Assembly (NCBI GenBank): GCA_027023405.1
Contig: JALVVN010000038.1
Location: forward strand, 85,333 to 145,332
Length of the DNA: 60,000 bases
Source of the DNA: Campylobacterales bacterium
GTDB lineage: Bacteria > Campylobacterota > Campylobacteria > Campylobacterales > QNZT01
Reading direction: 5' to 3'
Both the position numbers and the translations under genes were made by a program. Positions 19,718 through 30,124 of the stretch are shown piece by piece. Within the stretch, counting starts at the first letter, position 1; every line of letters begins with the position of its first letter. The notes under the pieces are model-generated. The model made no database searches and was not told the DNA's origin. It was given only the letters and a program-made list of their open reading frames with translations.

Positions 19718-20152
19718 TTACTGCCCCTCTACACGATTGAAAAGTTTTTTGACACTCTTTTGATTGCTACAACATCCTTGCTTTTTGAGTGCTTCTATCA
19801 ACTCATCGATATCGGTGATGGTATGAATCTGTACCATCTTGAGAATATAGAGATCGTTGATGGGGACTTTGTATCGTTTTTTCATAAATTGGATAAAACT
19901 CTTTTTAAAACCCTCTTTGCCTTTGGAGGTGAGAAGATCTTCGAGGTAGTAACTAGAGAGGAGGATGTTGAGTCCATCCTCTAGGGCATAAGTTTTGGCT
20001 TGAAGCCCATTCCCCTCCAAATGGAGAGAGACGCTGACCTTTTTCATGAAGCGGCTCTCTTTCGAAAAAAGTTCCGCTTCAAAATCGAGCATATCTACAC
20101 TATCTGCATAGAGACTCAAGAGCAGTAGTGAGAGTGCTAGGAGAATTTTCAT
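19718..20152 (-). CDS. FliL-like exported protein
   Basis: Signal peptide; DGLNILLSSYYLEDLLTSKGKEGFK resembles the FliL C-terminal domain; overlaps the htpG stop. Confidence 0.65.
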   Translation of the reverse strand: MKILLALSLLLLSLYADSVDMLDFEAELFSKESRFMKKVSVSLHLEGNGLQAKTYALEDGLNILLSSYYLEDLLTSKGKEGFKKSFIQFMKKRYKVPINDLYILKMVQIHTITDIDELIEALKKQGCCSNQKSVKKLFNRVEGQ

Positions 20153-21984
20153 TGACCCAGACTCTGCTCCATGAGTTTGGTGACTTTTTGACTAAATTGG
20201 GCGATATCGTTGATCTTCATTCCCTCATTGAGTTTAGCAAGATCGAGAATGACCGGTGCAATATCGATCAATTTATTGTACGCCTTCTCTTTATTGATAG
20301 ATGCAAAGATTGTGTGATATGAATTGATCTCTAAAATCGGTTTAACTTGTGGGAGATCGCTTTGTCCCATCTGTTTGAGCATCTGTTGCATCATGAGATC
20401 GGGATCATCTTTGTCATAGACCAAACAGCTAGGAGATTGTTTAAGACGAGTGGTGACTTTGACATCCTTGACTTCATCTTTAAGTAGCTCTTTGAGTTTG
20501 AGAAGTAGTTCTGAAAACTCCTCCTCTTTTTTCTTGAGACTCTCTTCATCCTCCTCGAGTTCAGCTTGATTGACCGGTGTCAATTTGAGATCTTGATAGG
20601 TTCCGATCTGAGGTACAACGATGGTATCGACTTCATCATCCATGAGTAGCACCTCAATATCTCGCTCTTTAAAACTCTCTAATAGCGGTGAATTTTTCAG
20701 CGTATCGGCATCCTCACCGACGATATAATAGACCTCTTTTTGATCCTCTTTCATACGATCTTTATAGGTTTGTAGATCGATGGGTTCATCACTTTTTGTG
20801 CTTTTGAACATCAAGAGATCCAGTAGAAGATCACGATTTTCGAACTCACTCATAATTCCCTCTTTGAGTACCTTTCCAAAAGTTTGGTAAAAGGTTTGAT
20901 ACTTTTGGGGATTATTGGTCTTGAGCTTTTTGAGTTCACTCAAAATCTTTTTCACAGAAGCCTTTTTAACTTTGGTGAGAACAATATTCTCTTGTAGGAT
21001 CTCTCTGGAGACATTGAGCGGAAGATCTTCGACATCGATGATACCGCGTACAAAGCGCAGATAGGTAGGTAGTAGCTCTTTGTCATCATCGGTAATAAAG
21101 ACCCGTTTCACATAGAGTTTCACTCCCGACTGATAATCGACGCGATAGAGATCAAACGGGGCGGTTTTGGGAATATAAAAGAGTGTGGTATATTCGAGTG
21201 TACCCTCCGCTTTGGTGTGAATATAGAGTAGTGGATCATCATTGTCGTGAGAGATACTTTTATAAAACTCATTGTATGCCTCTTCGTCGAGTTCACTTTT
21301 GGGAAGACGCCAAAGAGCTGAGGCTTTGTTGATTTGCTCCTCTTGCTTCTTACCCTCCTCCTCACTCTCTAAAAAGATGGGAAAGGGGATATGGTTTGAG
21401 TACTTCTCAACAATCGATTTGAGACGATAGGGCTCTAAAAACTCCTCTTCGCCCTCTTTGAGATGGAGGATGATTGTTGTTCCCTGTTCGGTTTTCTCAA
21501 TCTCCTCTATCTCAAAGGAGTCATCGCCACTACTGATCCATCGGTAACCTTGATCTTCGCCAGCCTTTCTACTCTCAACCTCAATTTTGTCTGCAACCAT
21601 AAATGCAGAGTAAAAACCGACACCAAACTGTCCTATGAGTTCATTGCTGTTTTTCTCATCTTTACTAAGGGCTTCGATAAAGGATTTCGTACCACTTTTG
21701 GCGATGGTTCCTAGGTTTTGTACTAAATCCTCTCGATTCATACCGATACCGTTATCTGAGACGATAAGCACCTTTTTCTCTTTATCGACGGAGAGCGTAA
21801 TCTTTGGATCAAAAGCTAAATTTTTAAATTTTTCATCAGTAAGTGTTAAATACTTTAATTTATCTAAAGCATCTGATGCGTTTGAGATAAGCTCCCTTAA
21901 AAAGATCTCTTTGTTGGAGTATAGAGAGTGAATCATCAAGTGCAAGAGCTGACTCACCTCTGTTTGAAATGTATAAGTTGACAT
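20149..21984 (-). CDS. htpG: Molecular chaperone HtpG (Hsp90)
   Basis: SLYSNKEIFLRELISNASDA, DNGIGM, IGQFGVGFYSAF, LPLNVSRE. ATG 21984 after AAGGAG. Confidence 0.97.
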   Translation of the reverse strand: MSTYTFQTEVSQLLHLMIHSLYSNKEIFLRELISNASDALDKLKYLTLTDEKFKNLAFDPKITLSVDKEKKVLIVSDNGIGMNREDLVQNLGTIAKSGTKSFIEALSKDEKNSNELIGQFGVGFYSAFMVADKIEVESRKAGEDQGYRWISSGDDSFEIEEIEKTEQGTTIILHLKEGEEEFLEPYRLKSIVEKYSNHIPFPIFLESEEEGKKQEEQINKASALWRLPKSELDEEAYNEFYKSISHDNDDPLLYIHTKAEGTLEYTTLFYIPKTAPFDLYRVDYQSGVKLYVKRVFITDDDKELLPTYLRFVRGIIDVEDLPLNVSREILQENIVLTKVKKASVKKILSELKKLKTNNPQKYQTFYQTFGKVLKEGIMSEFENRDLLLDLLMFKSTKSDEPIDLQTYKDRMKEDQKEVYYIVGEDADTLKNSPLLESFKERDIEVLLMDDEVDTIVVPQIGTYQDLKLTPVNQAELEEDEESLKKKEEEFSELLLKLKELLKDEVKDVKVTTRLKQSPSCLVYDKDDPDLMMQQMLKQMGQSDLPQVKPILEINSYHTIFASINKEKAYNKLIDIAPVILDLAKLNEGMKINDIAQFSQKVTKLMEQSLGQ

Positions 21985-22033
21985 GACTCGCTCCTTATTG
22001 ATTGATATTTTGCGCAATTTTAACACAAAAAGA

Positions 22034-22732
22034 TTAATGTTTCTTTAATAGTTGAAGCTCTTCGACTAAAGTTTCTTGCATTTTCTTGCGCAACTTCTCA
22101 AACCATTTGGGATCATTTTTGGGATCAACGCTCTCCAAATAGATAACGGTAACAAGACCGCTTTTTGCGACGAAGTTTTGTGAATCCAAAATAGCACGGG
22201 TATTGACGATCACCACCGGTTGTACCTTGAGGTGGAGCTTCTCTGCAATTATCTTTGCACCGCTTTTAAATTTTAGAAGTTTTTCACCTCTACTTCGTGT
22301 TCCCTCTGGGAAGATACCGATGATGCGTCCTTCATTGAGGCGTTTTTTAGCACCTTTGAAAAGGGTTACAAGAGATTTTCGATCCTCTCTATCAACGATA
22401 ATCATATCGGGTAGGGTAAGGATTTGCCCGAAAAAAGGAATATCGGCGATCTCTTTTTTTGCAACCCAGGCGATATCTTTGGGATAGTTTGCCTCCATCA
22501 CAACAATATCCAAAAGGCTTTGGTGGTTCATCAAAAGCATCTGTGCCTCCGGATCGGGTTTGCCTTTGATTGTGAGTTTATAGCCGATGAGCCATGCTTG
22601 AAGTTTCGCCCACGCTTTGCGAAATTTCCAGTGGTGTGTGTTAAAACACTTCATCAATCCGATGACAATTGTCACAGTGATGACAAACTGAATTAATATA
22701 AAGAATGCTTTAATTTTTTGTAAGATCATCAT
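22034..22732 (-). CDS. plsC: 1-acyl-sn-glycerol-3-phosphate acyltransferase
   Basis: NHQSLLD and FPEGTRS motifs. Confidence 0.92.
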   Translation of the reverse strand: MMILQKIKAFFILIQFVITVTIVIGLMKCFNTHHWKFRKAWAKLQAWLIGYKLTIKGKPDPEAQMLLMNHQSLLDIVVMEANYPKDIAWVAKKEIADIPFFGQILTLPDMIIVDREDRKSLVTLFKGAKKRLNEGRIIGIFPEGTRSRGEKLLKFKSGAKIIAEKLHLKVQPVVIVNTRAILDSQNFVAKSGLVTVIYLESVDPKNDPKWFEKLRKKMQETLVEELQLLKKH

Positions 22733-23942
22733 CTTTTATCCATCCGATTTTTCCTGAAGGGAGTATAATCTTTCGGTAGCCCTCTTTGTGTAGGAGAACT
22801 TTTGCTTCAAGTGGTTTTGCTGTTTTAAAAAAGACGGTCGAATTGTGTGTCGGCAAGATACGAATGTTTACCCCTTTGGGAATGGTAATATGGGGTGTAA
22901 AGATTTTTGTCACGACGGTATAACCCAAAATAAGTAGCGCTAGAATCAGAAAGAGGAAGTTTTTATAGCGCCAATAGAGTAGTGCAAAAAAGAGAGCCAG
23001 CAAGAGGAGTGCTATAACTTTGTAGAGAAAAAATTTGCTCTTTTTGGGGTTAAGTCCCAGTTGTGTGCTCAATGTCGCATCCTCCAAAATAATAGGGAAG
23101 GAGACTTTGTGGAAGCGATTGGTATGAAGATTGAAATATTTGAATTTAAAGATCTTTTGATAGCGCGGTACCACAGAGACATAATAGACTTTTTGATAAG
23201 TGAGATGCTCTTCAAAATCATCTAACGCTTCTCGTTGCACAGAGGTGAGGTGAAAATCTTCCAAGTTAGAGAGTGTAGCGTTGATTTCCATCAAAACAAG
23301 TATCGATTGGTTGTCATAGCGTTTCTCTTTGTGACTGAGAATCTGAAGATCGTTGGCTATCACATGACTAAAAAGAGGATTCTCTTTGAGTGCTATCAGT
23401 TTGATAGGCTTAGGTGCAATCTTCTCTTGGTAACGGTTTTCGTCATTGCCGGCAATAACCTTGATTGTTGGAAGTTTTGCCTGTCGATTGATCGCTTTGA
23501 AATAGATTTTAGTTTGATAGGTATGGTCATCAATCTGTTTCCATTGTGGATTGGGATTGATAATTTTAATCCCCTCCCCTCCCAAAAAGTGTGTTTGAAA
23601 TTTTTTGATGTGATTAGCAACGACGATTGCCTTCAGTCCAATGACAAAATGTTGATTGAGATAGAGGCGTTTGGGATAGGTTTCATATTGTAAAAAGAGT
23701 TGCCTTTGTGATGTGGTATGTTCGTTCTCATCTGCTTCCGATGAAGTATCATCTTCTTCAAAGACTTTTTGGGGTTGTATCACAGGCTCTTGTCGCTCTA
23801 TTTGCCTTGGCTCCTCTTGTACTCTGACATCTTCACTGGCACGGTTTTGGTGTGTGAGGGATTCAAATAGATCAGAGAAGAAGCCTCCATAGAGCTGAGA
23901 AGCCAAAAGGAGGATAAAGAGGGAAGTGAGGCGTAGTCTCAT
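22710..23942 (-). CDS. Exported/membrane protein with C-terminal SH3-like domain
   Basis: Signal peptide, C-terminal TM pair, IRILPTHNST...KIILPSGKIGWIK; position between purQ and plsC. Confidence 0.75.
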   Translation of the reverse strand: MRLRLTSLFILLLASQLYGGFFSDLFESLTHQNRASEDVRVQEEPRQIERQEPVIQPQKVFEEDDTSSEADENEHTTSQRQLFLQYETYPKRLYLNQHFVIGLKAIVVANHIKKFQTHFLGGEGIKIINPNPQWKQIDDHTYQTKIYFKAINRQAKLPTIKVIAGNDENRYQEKIAPKPIKLIALKENPLFSHVIANDLQILSHKEKRYDNQSILVLMEINATLSNLEDFHLTSVQREALDDFEEHLTYQKVYYVSVVPRYQKIFKFKYFNLHTNRFHKVSFPIILEDATLSTQLGLNPKKSKFFLYKVIALLLLALFFALLYWRYKNFLFLILALLILGYTVVTKIFTPHITIPKGVNIRILPTHNSTVFFKTAKPLEAKVLLHKEGYRKIILPSGKIGWIKDDDLTKN

Positions 23943-24613
23943 CCTCCTAAAAATCCCTCTAGCATTTTAATACCGTCACTACTGCCCAAAAGATCTTCCA
24001 TAGCTCTTTCAGGATGAGGCATCAACCCAAAAACATTATGGGTATTATTACAGATACCGGCAATGGCATCTACCGAACCGTTGGGGTTGTCAATTACACC
24101 GTCGGCATCACAATATTGCAGGAGGATTTGACGGTTTTGGTACATCTGTTCAAGAGTCTCGGGATCGACATAATAATTTCCTTCGGCATGTGCGATAGGA
24201 ATATTGAGGATCTCTCCCTTTTGGCACTGAGAGAGGAATCGATTGCTATTCTCGATCACTTTAAGATGGTGAAATTTCGAAATAAAGTGAAGATTTTGAT
24301 TATGCTTCATCGCGCCGGGAAGCAGATGTGATTCTAACAGTATCTGAAATCCGTTGCAGATACCAAGCACATAGCCACCCTTTGCAGCGTGTTCACTCAC
24401 AGCTTGGATAATCGGTGAAAATCTTGCGATTGCGCCACTTCTTAGGGCATCACCGTAAGAGAACCCGCCCGGCAGAATAACGAGATCATATTTTTGTGGG
24501 AGTTTGCTCTCTTTGTGCCAAATGAGATCAACCTTTGCATTAAGCTTTTCATAGGCATATTGGGTATCATACTCGCAGTTGGTTCCTGCAAATTGAATGA
24601 CAGCGACTCTCAT
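23939..24613 (-). CDS. purQ: FGAM synthase glutaminase subunit
   Basis: PGGFSYGD, LGICNGFQIL, GLMPHPER. Confidence 0.97.
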   Translation of the reverse strand: MRVAVIQFAGTNCEYDTQYAYEKLNAKVDLIWHKESKLPQKYDLVILPGGFSYGDALRSGAIARFSPIIQAVSEHAAKGGYVLGICNGFQILLESHLLPGAMKHNQNLHFISKFHHLKVIENSNRFLSQCQKGEILNIPIAHAEGNYYVDPETLEQMYQNRQILLQYCDADGVIDNPNGSVDAIAGICNNTHNVFGLMPHPERAMEDLLGSSDGIKMLEGFLGG

Positions 24614-24852
24614 TAGGCGATCTCTATCTCATAATCTTCGATCACCGTATTGGCAAGTAACTCTTCGCACATCTGCTTAACGCGCTCAAGTGCGACAGCT
24701 TTGTCACTCTCATCGAGATCTAAGACGATCTGTTTTCCGATACGCACTTGATTGACCTGGTCAAATTTTAGTGCTTTTAGTGCGTGATGCACAGCTTTGC
24801 CTTGTGGATCCAATACACCCTCTTTTAGATAGATATTGACAATTGCCTTCAC
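24613..24852 (-). CDS. purS: FGAM synthase subunit PurS
   Basis: LDPQGKAV and [10 protein letters not shown]. Confidence 0.96.
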   Translation of the reverse strand: MKAIVNIYLKEGVLDPQGKAVHHALKALKFDQVNQVRIGKQIVLDLDESDKAVALERVKQMCEELLANTVIEDYEIEIA

Positions 24853-25574
24853 ACTCTCTCCTCATTGATTCGTTTTAATACCTCTTCATAGGCATCTTTT
24901 ACACTCCCGTCTTCCAGCCGAAAAATATCTTTATCCAACTTTTGGCGTGTATCCATATCCCAAAATCGACAACTATCGGGGCTGATCTCATCACTTAAGA
25001 GTATCTCACCGTTTGCATCAATACCAAATTCCACTTTAAAATCGATCAAATCAAGTTTCCGATTGGCAAAGAATGCTTTGAGTATTTTATTGATCTTTCG
25101 ACCCTTCTCTTTAAGTAAGTCGAGGGTCTCTTGATCTTTGACAAGGTTGAGGAGTAGGCAGTGCTCATCATTGAGGATAGGATCACCTAGATCGTCATTC
25201 TTGAGATAGAACTCTACAAGAACAAAGGGAAGCTCCGTACCGTCAGCGATACCGAGTCGTCTTGTCAATGAACCCGTAGCCACATTTCGCACGACCACTT
25301 CAATGGGGATAATTGAGACCTTTTTGACCAGTTGATGCGTAGAATCTAGCCTCTTGACAAGATGGGTTTTGATGCCGTTTGCTTCAAGCAGTTTGAAGAG
25401 TTGGGCACTAATGGCGGCATTAAGCGCACCTTTGCCCTCCTCTCGACTTCTCTTTTCTGCATTATTGGCAGTTAGGTCATCTTTAAATTCAGCGATGAGA
25501 AGGTTTTCATCTTCACATTTGTAGAGGCGCTTCCCCTTCCCTTCATATAAAAGTTCGCCCTTTTGCATCATCAT
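24849..25574 (-). CDS. purC: SAICAR synthase
   Basis: [38 protein letters not shown]. Confidence 0.97.
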   Translation of the reverse strand: MMMQKGELLYEGKGKRLYKCEDENLLIAEFKDDLTANNAEKRSREEGKGALNAAISAQLFKLLEANGIKTHLVKRLDSTHQLVKKVSIIPIEVVVRNVATGSLTRRLGIADGTELPFVLVEFYLKNDDLGDPILNDEHCLLLNLVKDQETLDLLKEKGRKINKILKAFFANRKLDLIDFKVEFGIDANGEILLSDEISPDSCRFWDMDTRQKLDKDIFRLEDGSVKDAYEEVLKRINEERV

Positions 25575-25580
25575 CCTTTA

Positions 25581-26936
25581 CTATTTCTTGAGCAGTTGTA
25601 TCACTTTGAGGCTATCCAATGCCGTCTTGAGTTGAATATCGTTAAGTATATCATCTTTTGATATAAATTTCTTTTTACGCTCAGACTCTTTGAGTTTTTT
25701 GGTGCTGTTTTCATCTTTTTTTCCATCCACTTTGGCAAGCTCAACCTTAAGATGTTTTTTGAGATCAGCTTCTTTAATAGAGAAATCATCTTTCTCTTGC
25801 GGTACTTTCCCCGGAGCGATTTCAATATCGGGAGTCACACCTTTGGCTTGAATCGTTCGTCCGCTAGGTAGATAGTATCGTGCGATCGTGAGTCGTAATG
25901 CCTCTTCGTGACCGATTGGTAAAATAACCTGTACACTTCCTTTACCAAAACTCTTTTGACCGATAATGACGGCGCGTTTGTGATCTTGGAGTGCTCCACT
26001 GGTAATCTCACTCGCGCTCGCACTTCCCGCATTAATCAAGACTGCCATAGGAATATCTTTGTAGGTACCCTTTTCGTGTGCGTTGTAGACCTCATTTTCA
26101 CTCGCTACCCGACCCTTTTGAGAGACAATAACCCCTTTATCAACGAAAAGATCGACAAGACCTACCGCTTGATTGAGCAAACCTCCCGGATTGTTTCGTA
26201 GATCTAGGATGATTCCTTTTGCATGAGGATGCGATTTGAGCGCTTTTTTTACCCCATCAACAACCTTTTTGTCAAATGAGGTAATACGAATATAGAGTAC
26301 ATTACTATCTTCGATCGTTTTGACATATACAGAGTCGATTTTAATGATATCCCTAATGATTTTGATGGTGAGAGGTTTGGGCTCTTTTTTTCGTACGACT
26401 GTGAGTGTAATCGGCGTTTTAGGTTTGCCGCGCATTAAATTGACCGCTTCGTCGATCGTCATATTGAGCGTGGATTTATCATCGATCTTGAGGATGATAT
26501 CCCCTGCTTTAATGCCCGCCTTGTCTGCCGGTGTGCCGTCAATAGGTGAGATGACGGTTAATGCGCCGTCACGCATTCCGACAGTGATACCGAGTCCACC
26601 AAACTCACCGTTCGTCTGTATTTGCATATCTTTATATTTTTTGGCTGTCATAAAGGAGGAGTGTGCATCGAGATTGGACATTAATCCTTCGAGAGATTTA
26701 TTGACAATATCGGTAATATTCTCCTCATCGACATAATATTGCTCAATTGTCTGAATCACCTTCGTATATTTTGCCAAAGCGTCGAGTCTTGTCTGTGAAA
26801 GAGTGGAGCTAAACTTTGCTGGAGAGACCGTTTGCGAGGCGGTAGTCGATTTTGCCTTGAGTGAAGAGCTACTAAGCAGACCTGCACTTAAAGCGATAGA
26901 TAGAAAACCCATTGTCATATAGCGTTTTTGTTTCAT
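25581..26936 (-). CDS. ctpA: Carboxyl-terminal processing protease (S41A, PDZ)
   Basis: LDAHSS, FGGLGI, DLRNNPGGLL, SASASEI, SFGKGSVQ. Start at ATG 26936 is approximate. Confidence 0.92.
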   Translation of the reverse strand: MKQKRYMTMGFLSIALSAGLLSSSSLKAKSTTASQTVSPAKFSSTLSQTRLDALAKYTKVIQTIEQYYVDEENITDIVNKSLEGLMSNLDAHSSFMTAKKYKDMQIQTNGEFGGLGITVGMRDGALTVISPIDGTPADKAGIKAGDIILKIDDKSTLNMTIDEAVNLMRGKPKTPITLTVVRKKEPKPLTIKIIRDIIKIDSVYVKTIEDSNVLYIRITSFDKKVVDGVKKALKSHPHAKGIILDLRNNPGGLLNQAVGLVDLFVDKGVIVSQKGRVASENEVYNAHEKGTYKDIPMAVLINAGSASASEITSGALQDHKRAVIIGQKSFGKGSVQVILPIGHEEALRLTIARYYLPSGRTIQAKGVTPDIEIAPGKVPQEKDDFSIKEADLKKHLKVELAKVDGKKDENSTKKLKESERKKKFISKDDILNDIQLKTALDSLKVIQLLKK

Positions 26937-27055
26937 TTTTTTCTGACCTTTGTGTTGTAAATTTCTTTTTATTGTAGTCAAAATTTCTCCCATTGTGTTA
27001 ATTTTGATTTAAAAAGTTATAAAAAACTTTTTTTAGTGCAAAAAGTAAACATTTT

Positions 27056-29077
27056 TTAAATAGTAATCTCTTTGATGTCGGCAATCTCTCTAAAACCAAG
27101 ATAGATCGCATGAATGAGATTTTTTCTGTTTGCTTTGATCTTCGGATCATCGACATTGACCATCACAGCATCAAAAAAGGCATCAATCACCTCTTTAAGA
27201 CCAAAAAGTGCCTCTAACTTTGCTTCATAACTCTCAAATGTGGTTGTATTAATCTGCTCATAGGCAGTATAAAGCGTTCGCTCCTCCTCTTGTGTAAAGA
27301 GGCTTGGATCGACTCTCTTGGGACTTAAATCCATATCTTTGATAATATTGGCAACCCGTTTAAAGGTGCTAGAGAGGGATTTGAAGTCGCTCTGTTTGAC
27401 GATACCATCCAGTGCCTCAATCTTTTTGGATATTTCAACGATATCTCGCTCTCCGCTTTGGAGGACAGCATGGATCAGTGAGGGATTGACTTTGAAGTAT
27501 TGGTTGATTCGCTCAATAATAAAAGCATCGATTTGTGTTGCATCACATTGGGGATAATAGGCTTGGATTAATGAGGCAATATCCTTTTGAATATCGAAAT
27601 GAAACGACTCGTTCAGAGCAATTTTGATGATGCCTATCACGGCTCTACGAAGCGCAAAGGGATCTTTCGTTCCGGTGGGAATTTTCCCTAGCGCAAAGAT
27701 TGTTAAGAGTGTATCGAGTTTGATACTCATTGCTACTATTGCACTGAGTGTTTGACTTGGAAGTGCAGCATGTTCACCCGTAGGTAGATATTGCTCTTTG
27801 ATAGCGAGTGCTACATCCTCATCCTCTCCCATTGCTTTGGCATAGTAGTAGCCCATTAAGCCTTGTAGTTCTGTAAATTCATAGACCATATCGGTCAAGA
27901 GATCAGCTTTGGCAAGATCGAGTGTACGATCAAGCTTTTGACGATCGATAGGAGTATCAAAGCGATCTGATAAATAGTGTGCGACTTTTTTCTCCCGACC
28001 TATCTTTTCATAGAGTGTACCGCCTCCGTGAATAAAGGTGATCTCTTTGAGCCCCTCATTGGAGAGTCCGCGTTTGAGATCATTTTGGTAGAAGAAGAGT
28101 GCGTCGCTAAGTCTTGGACGAAGTACCTTTTCATTTCCCTCAATGATTTGCGAATAATCGTCACAAATCGCATCCGCAACAACCACAAAGGCATTTTCCA
28201 GTGTAGCATTTTTGAAAACGGGGAAGTAGCGTTGATGTTCACGCATTGAGAGGATAATCACTTCTGGTGGAAGTGTTAAAAAGTGCTCTTCAAATTTTCC
28301 CATTAATGCTTTGGGGTGTTCGGTAATGGCAACGACTTCCGCCAACAACTCCTCGTCAATATCGACACTACAACCGCTCTCGATTTGGATCGTATCGATC
28401 TGCGCTAAGATCTGCTCTTTGCGTTTATCGGGATCGATGGTGACTCCATTCTCCTTGATTTTCTTGAAATACTCTTCACCGTTTTGATACCCAAAGGGTT
28501 CATAGGAGAGACTTCGATGTGGATAGCTCATGGGAGCACTTTTGACGCCATAGAGTGTCACATCGATCGGGGTGTCACCCAAGAGGACACCGATCCAGCG
28601 AATCGGTCGTATAAAGGCTTCTTTGCAACTACCCCAGCGCATCGATTTGCCAAATTGAAGCGAGGAGAGAAATTGTGAGAGCATCTCTTGGAGCAGTGTA
28701 TGGCTCTCTACCCCTTTTTCTACCTTTTTAAAATAGAGTACCTCTTTGCCACCTTTTTCACGACGCTCTAACGCATCCACTGCCACTCCGCATTTTTTAG
28801 CAAATCCGAGAGCTGCGGGTGTGGGCTCTCCCTCTTTATAGGCGATATCGACAGGTGCACCATAGAGTTCTATCGTTGTATCCTTTTGCTTGAGCGGAAA
28901 GGCTTCATGCCATAATATCATTCGTCTTGGGGTGTAGAAAAATTCAAAAGAGCTCTCAACTCTTTTTTCTTGAAGGAGCTTTTGCCACTTCTGTTTAATA
29001 TACGGTAACTCTTTGAGGAAAGGGATTGCCGGAAGCTCCTCTACGCCGATTTCAATCAGTAGGGATTTTGTCATCAC
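27056..29077 (-). CDS. glyS: Glycine--tRNA ligase beta subunit
   Basis: LIEIGVEELP, TPRR, KSMRWG, FIRPIRW, EFTELQGLMG, DPFALRR. Confidence 0.97.
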   Translation of the reverse strand: MMTKSLLIEIGVEELPAIPFLKELPYIKQKWQKLLQEKRVESSFEFFYTPRRMILWHEAFPLKQKDTTIELYGAPVDIAYKEGEPTPAALGFAKKCGVAVDALERREKGGKEVLYFKKVEKGVESHTLLQEMLSQFLSSLQFGKSMRWGSCKEAFIRPIRWIGVLLGDTPIDVTLYGVKSAPMSYPHRSLSYEPFGYQNGEEYFKKIKENGVTIDPDKRKEQILAQIDTIQIESGCSVDIDEELLAEVVAITEHPKALMGKFEEHFLTLPPEVIILSMREHQRYFPVFKNATLENAFVVVADAICDDYSQIIEGNEKVLRPRLSDALFFYQNDLKRGLSNEGLKEITFIHGGGTLYEKIGREKKVAHYLSDRFDTPIDRQKLDRTLDLAKADLLTDMVYEFTELQGLMGYYYAKAMGEDEDVALAIKEQYLPTGEHAALPSQTLSAIVAMSIKLDTLLTIFALGKIPTGTKDPFALRRAVIGIIKIALNESFHFDIQKDIASLIQAYYPQCDATQIDAFIIERINQYFKVNPSLIHAVLQSGERDIVEISKKIEALDGIVKQSDFKSLSSTFKRVANIIKDMDLSPKRVDPSLFTQEEERTLYTAYEQINTTTFESYEAKLEALFGLKEVIDAFFDAVMVNVDDPKIKANRKNLIHAIYLGFREIADIKEITI

Positions 29078-29140
29078 GAATCATAGCCTTGCGTAAAAAA
29101 TTTGCCGTGATTCTATCAAAAAGAGCTTTAGAGGTTCTAA

Positions 29141-29254
29141 CTACTCTCTTTTATCACGGTTTTTTGCTTGGGATTGGAGCATAAAACCACGAACTAAGAA
29201 GATCATAAAGAGGACAAAAAGTATAAGGATAATGGTATCAAGTACTGTTTTCAT
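29141..29254 (-). CDS. Small single-TM membrane protein (37 aa, absent from ORF track)
   Basis: MKTVLDTIILILFVLFMIFLVRGFMLQSQAKNRDKRE; hydrophobic helix plus basic tail; TG-C-TATACT 6 nt upstream of the ATG. Confidence 0.7.
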   Translation of the reverse strand: MKTVLDTIILILFVLFMIFLVRGFMLQSQAKNRDKRE

Positions 29255-29269
29255 AAGAGGAGTATAGCA

Positions 29270-30070
29270 CTACTCCTCTTCAAAAACCAACTCAAAAGCG
29301 GAAAGTGCTGTGATAGGTTCAAGATAAATTGAGAAGTGGCGCATACGATCTTCAATCAGTCGTCTCCCCAGTGTGGGGGTTGTATTGAGAATCAAAAAGT
29401 GAACGATACCCTTGTTACTATCGTAGTAGATCGTGTCATACTCTCGTACGATTTTTTGAATATTATAGCTCTCAATCGGCAGATCGGACTCATAGTGATA
29501 TTTGATAAGTGAGAAGTAGATTCTCTTCTCAAGGAGCTCTTTGATTCGGTTTTCAAAAAGATCCGATGAATTGATGATTCGTTCTGTGTTCTCTTTGAGT
29601 GAGAGGAGTCGTTTAGTGTAAAAGTTGCTTTTGAGAAACATCTCAATACTCATCATATACTCTTCGATCATGAACTCCTTCTCGAAGAGTTTGTGGACAC
29701 CGCTATTGTGTGCCATGAGATGATCTTTTTGTCGTAGATATTTTTGATCGGAAATTTCAAAAAATTTAAGATCGAGTTTGTGAGATTGGATGAGGTTCAG
29801 GATAGGCTCACGAATTTGAGGATCCTTCTTTTGATTGATCACGATATCCATATCATATACCAATGAAAGATCCTCCGCAGATAGATCTTCAGGGGTATAG
29901 TAATCTACATCATCAGCAGATGAGAAGATATAGTAGTGGAGTTTCTTGATCTCTTCACTATCGCTTAGTAGCATCAGTTGGATGTTTCTCGTTCTCTTTT
30001 GCTTTATCTTTTCTAAGATCACCAATTCATCTAAAATATTTTTACTTTCATCTATCTTATGTGACTCCAT
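29270..30070 (-). CDS. Hypothetical protein: pseudo-receiver domain plus degenerate GGDEF-like domain with RxxD
   Basis: REC-like pattern LMLLSD...MDIVINQ...FFEISD...AHNSGVHKLFEKEF; GGDEF-like IVREYDTIYY...FLILNT; SD AAGGA. Domain call is by eye. Confidence 0.6.
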   Translation of the reverse strand: MESHKIDESKNILDELVILEKIKQKRTRNIQLMLLSDSEEIKKLHYYIFSSADDVDYYTPEDLSAEDLSLVYDMDIVINQKKDPQIREPILNLIQSHKLDLKFFEISDQKYLRQKDHLMAHNSGVHKLFEKEFMIEEYMMSIEMFLKSNFYTKRLLSLKENTERIINSSDLFENRIKELLEKRIYFSLIKYHYESDLPIESYNIQKIVREYDTIYYDSNKGIVHFLILNTTPTLGRRLIEDRMRHFSIYLEPITALSAFELVFEEE

Positions 30071-30124
30071 GCGCTTTCCTTGATTAAACTTTCATCTCTC
30101 ATATAGAGTTATCTATTGAAAAGG

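Noticed and set aside
21815-21900. AT-rich, TTA-rich patch within htpG suggesting a recombined tract
   Set aside because: The tract is short and TTA codons also occur elsewhere in the gene; it cannot be separated from noise without alignments.
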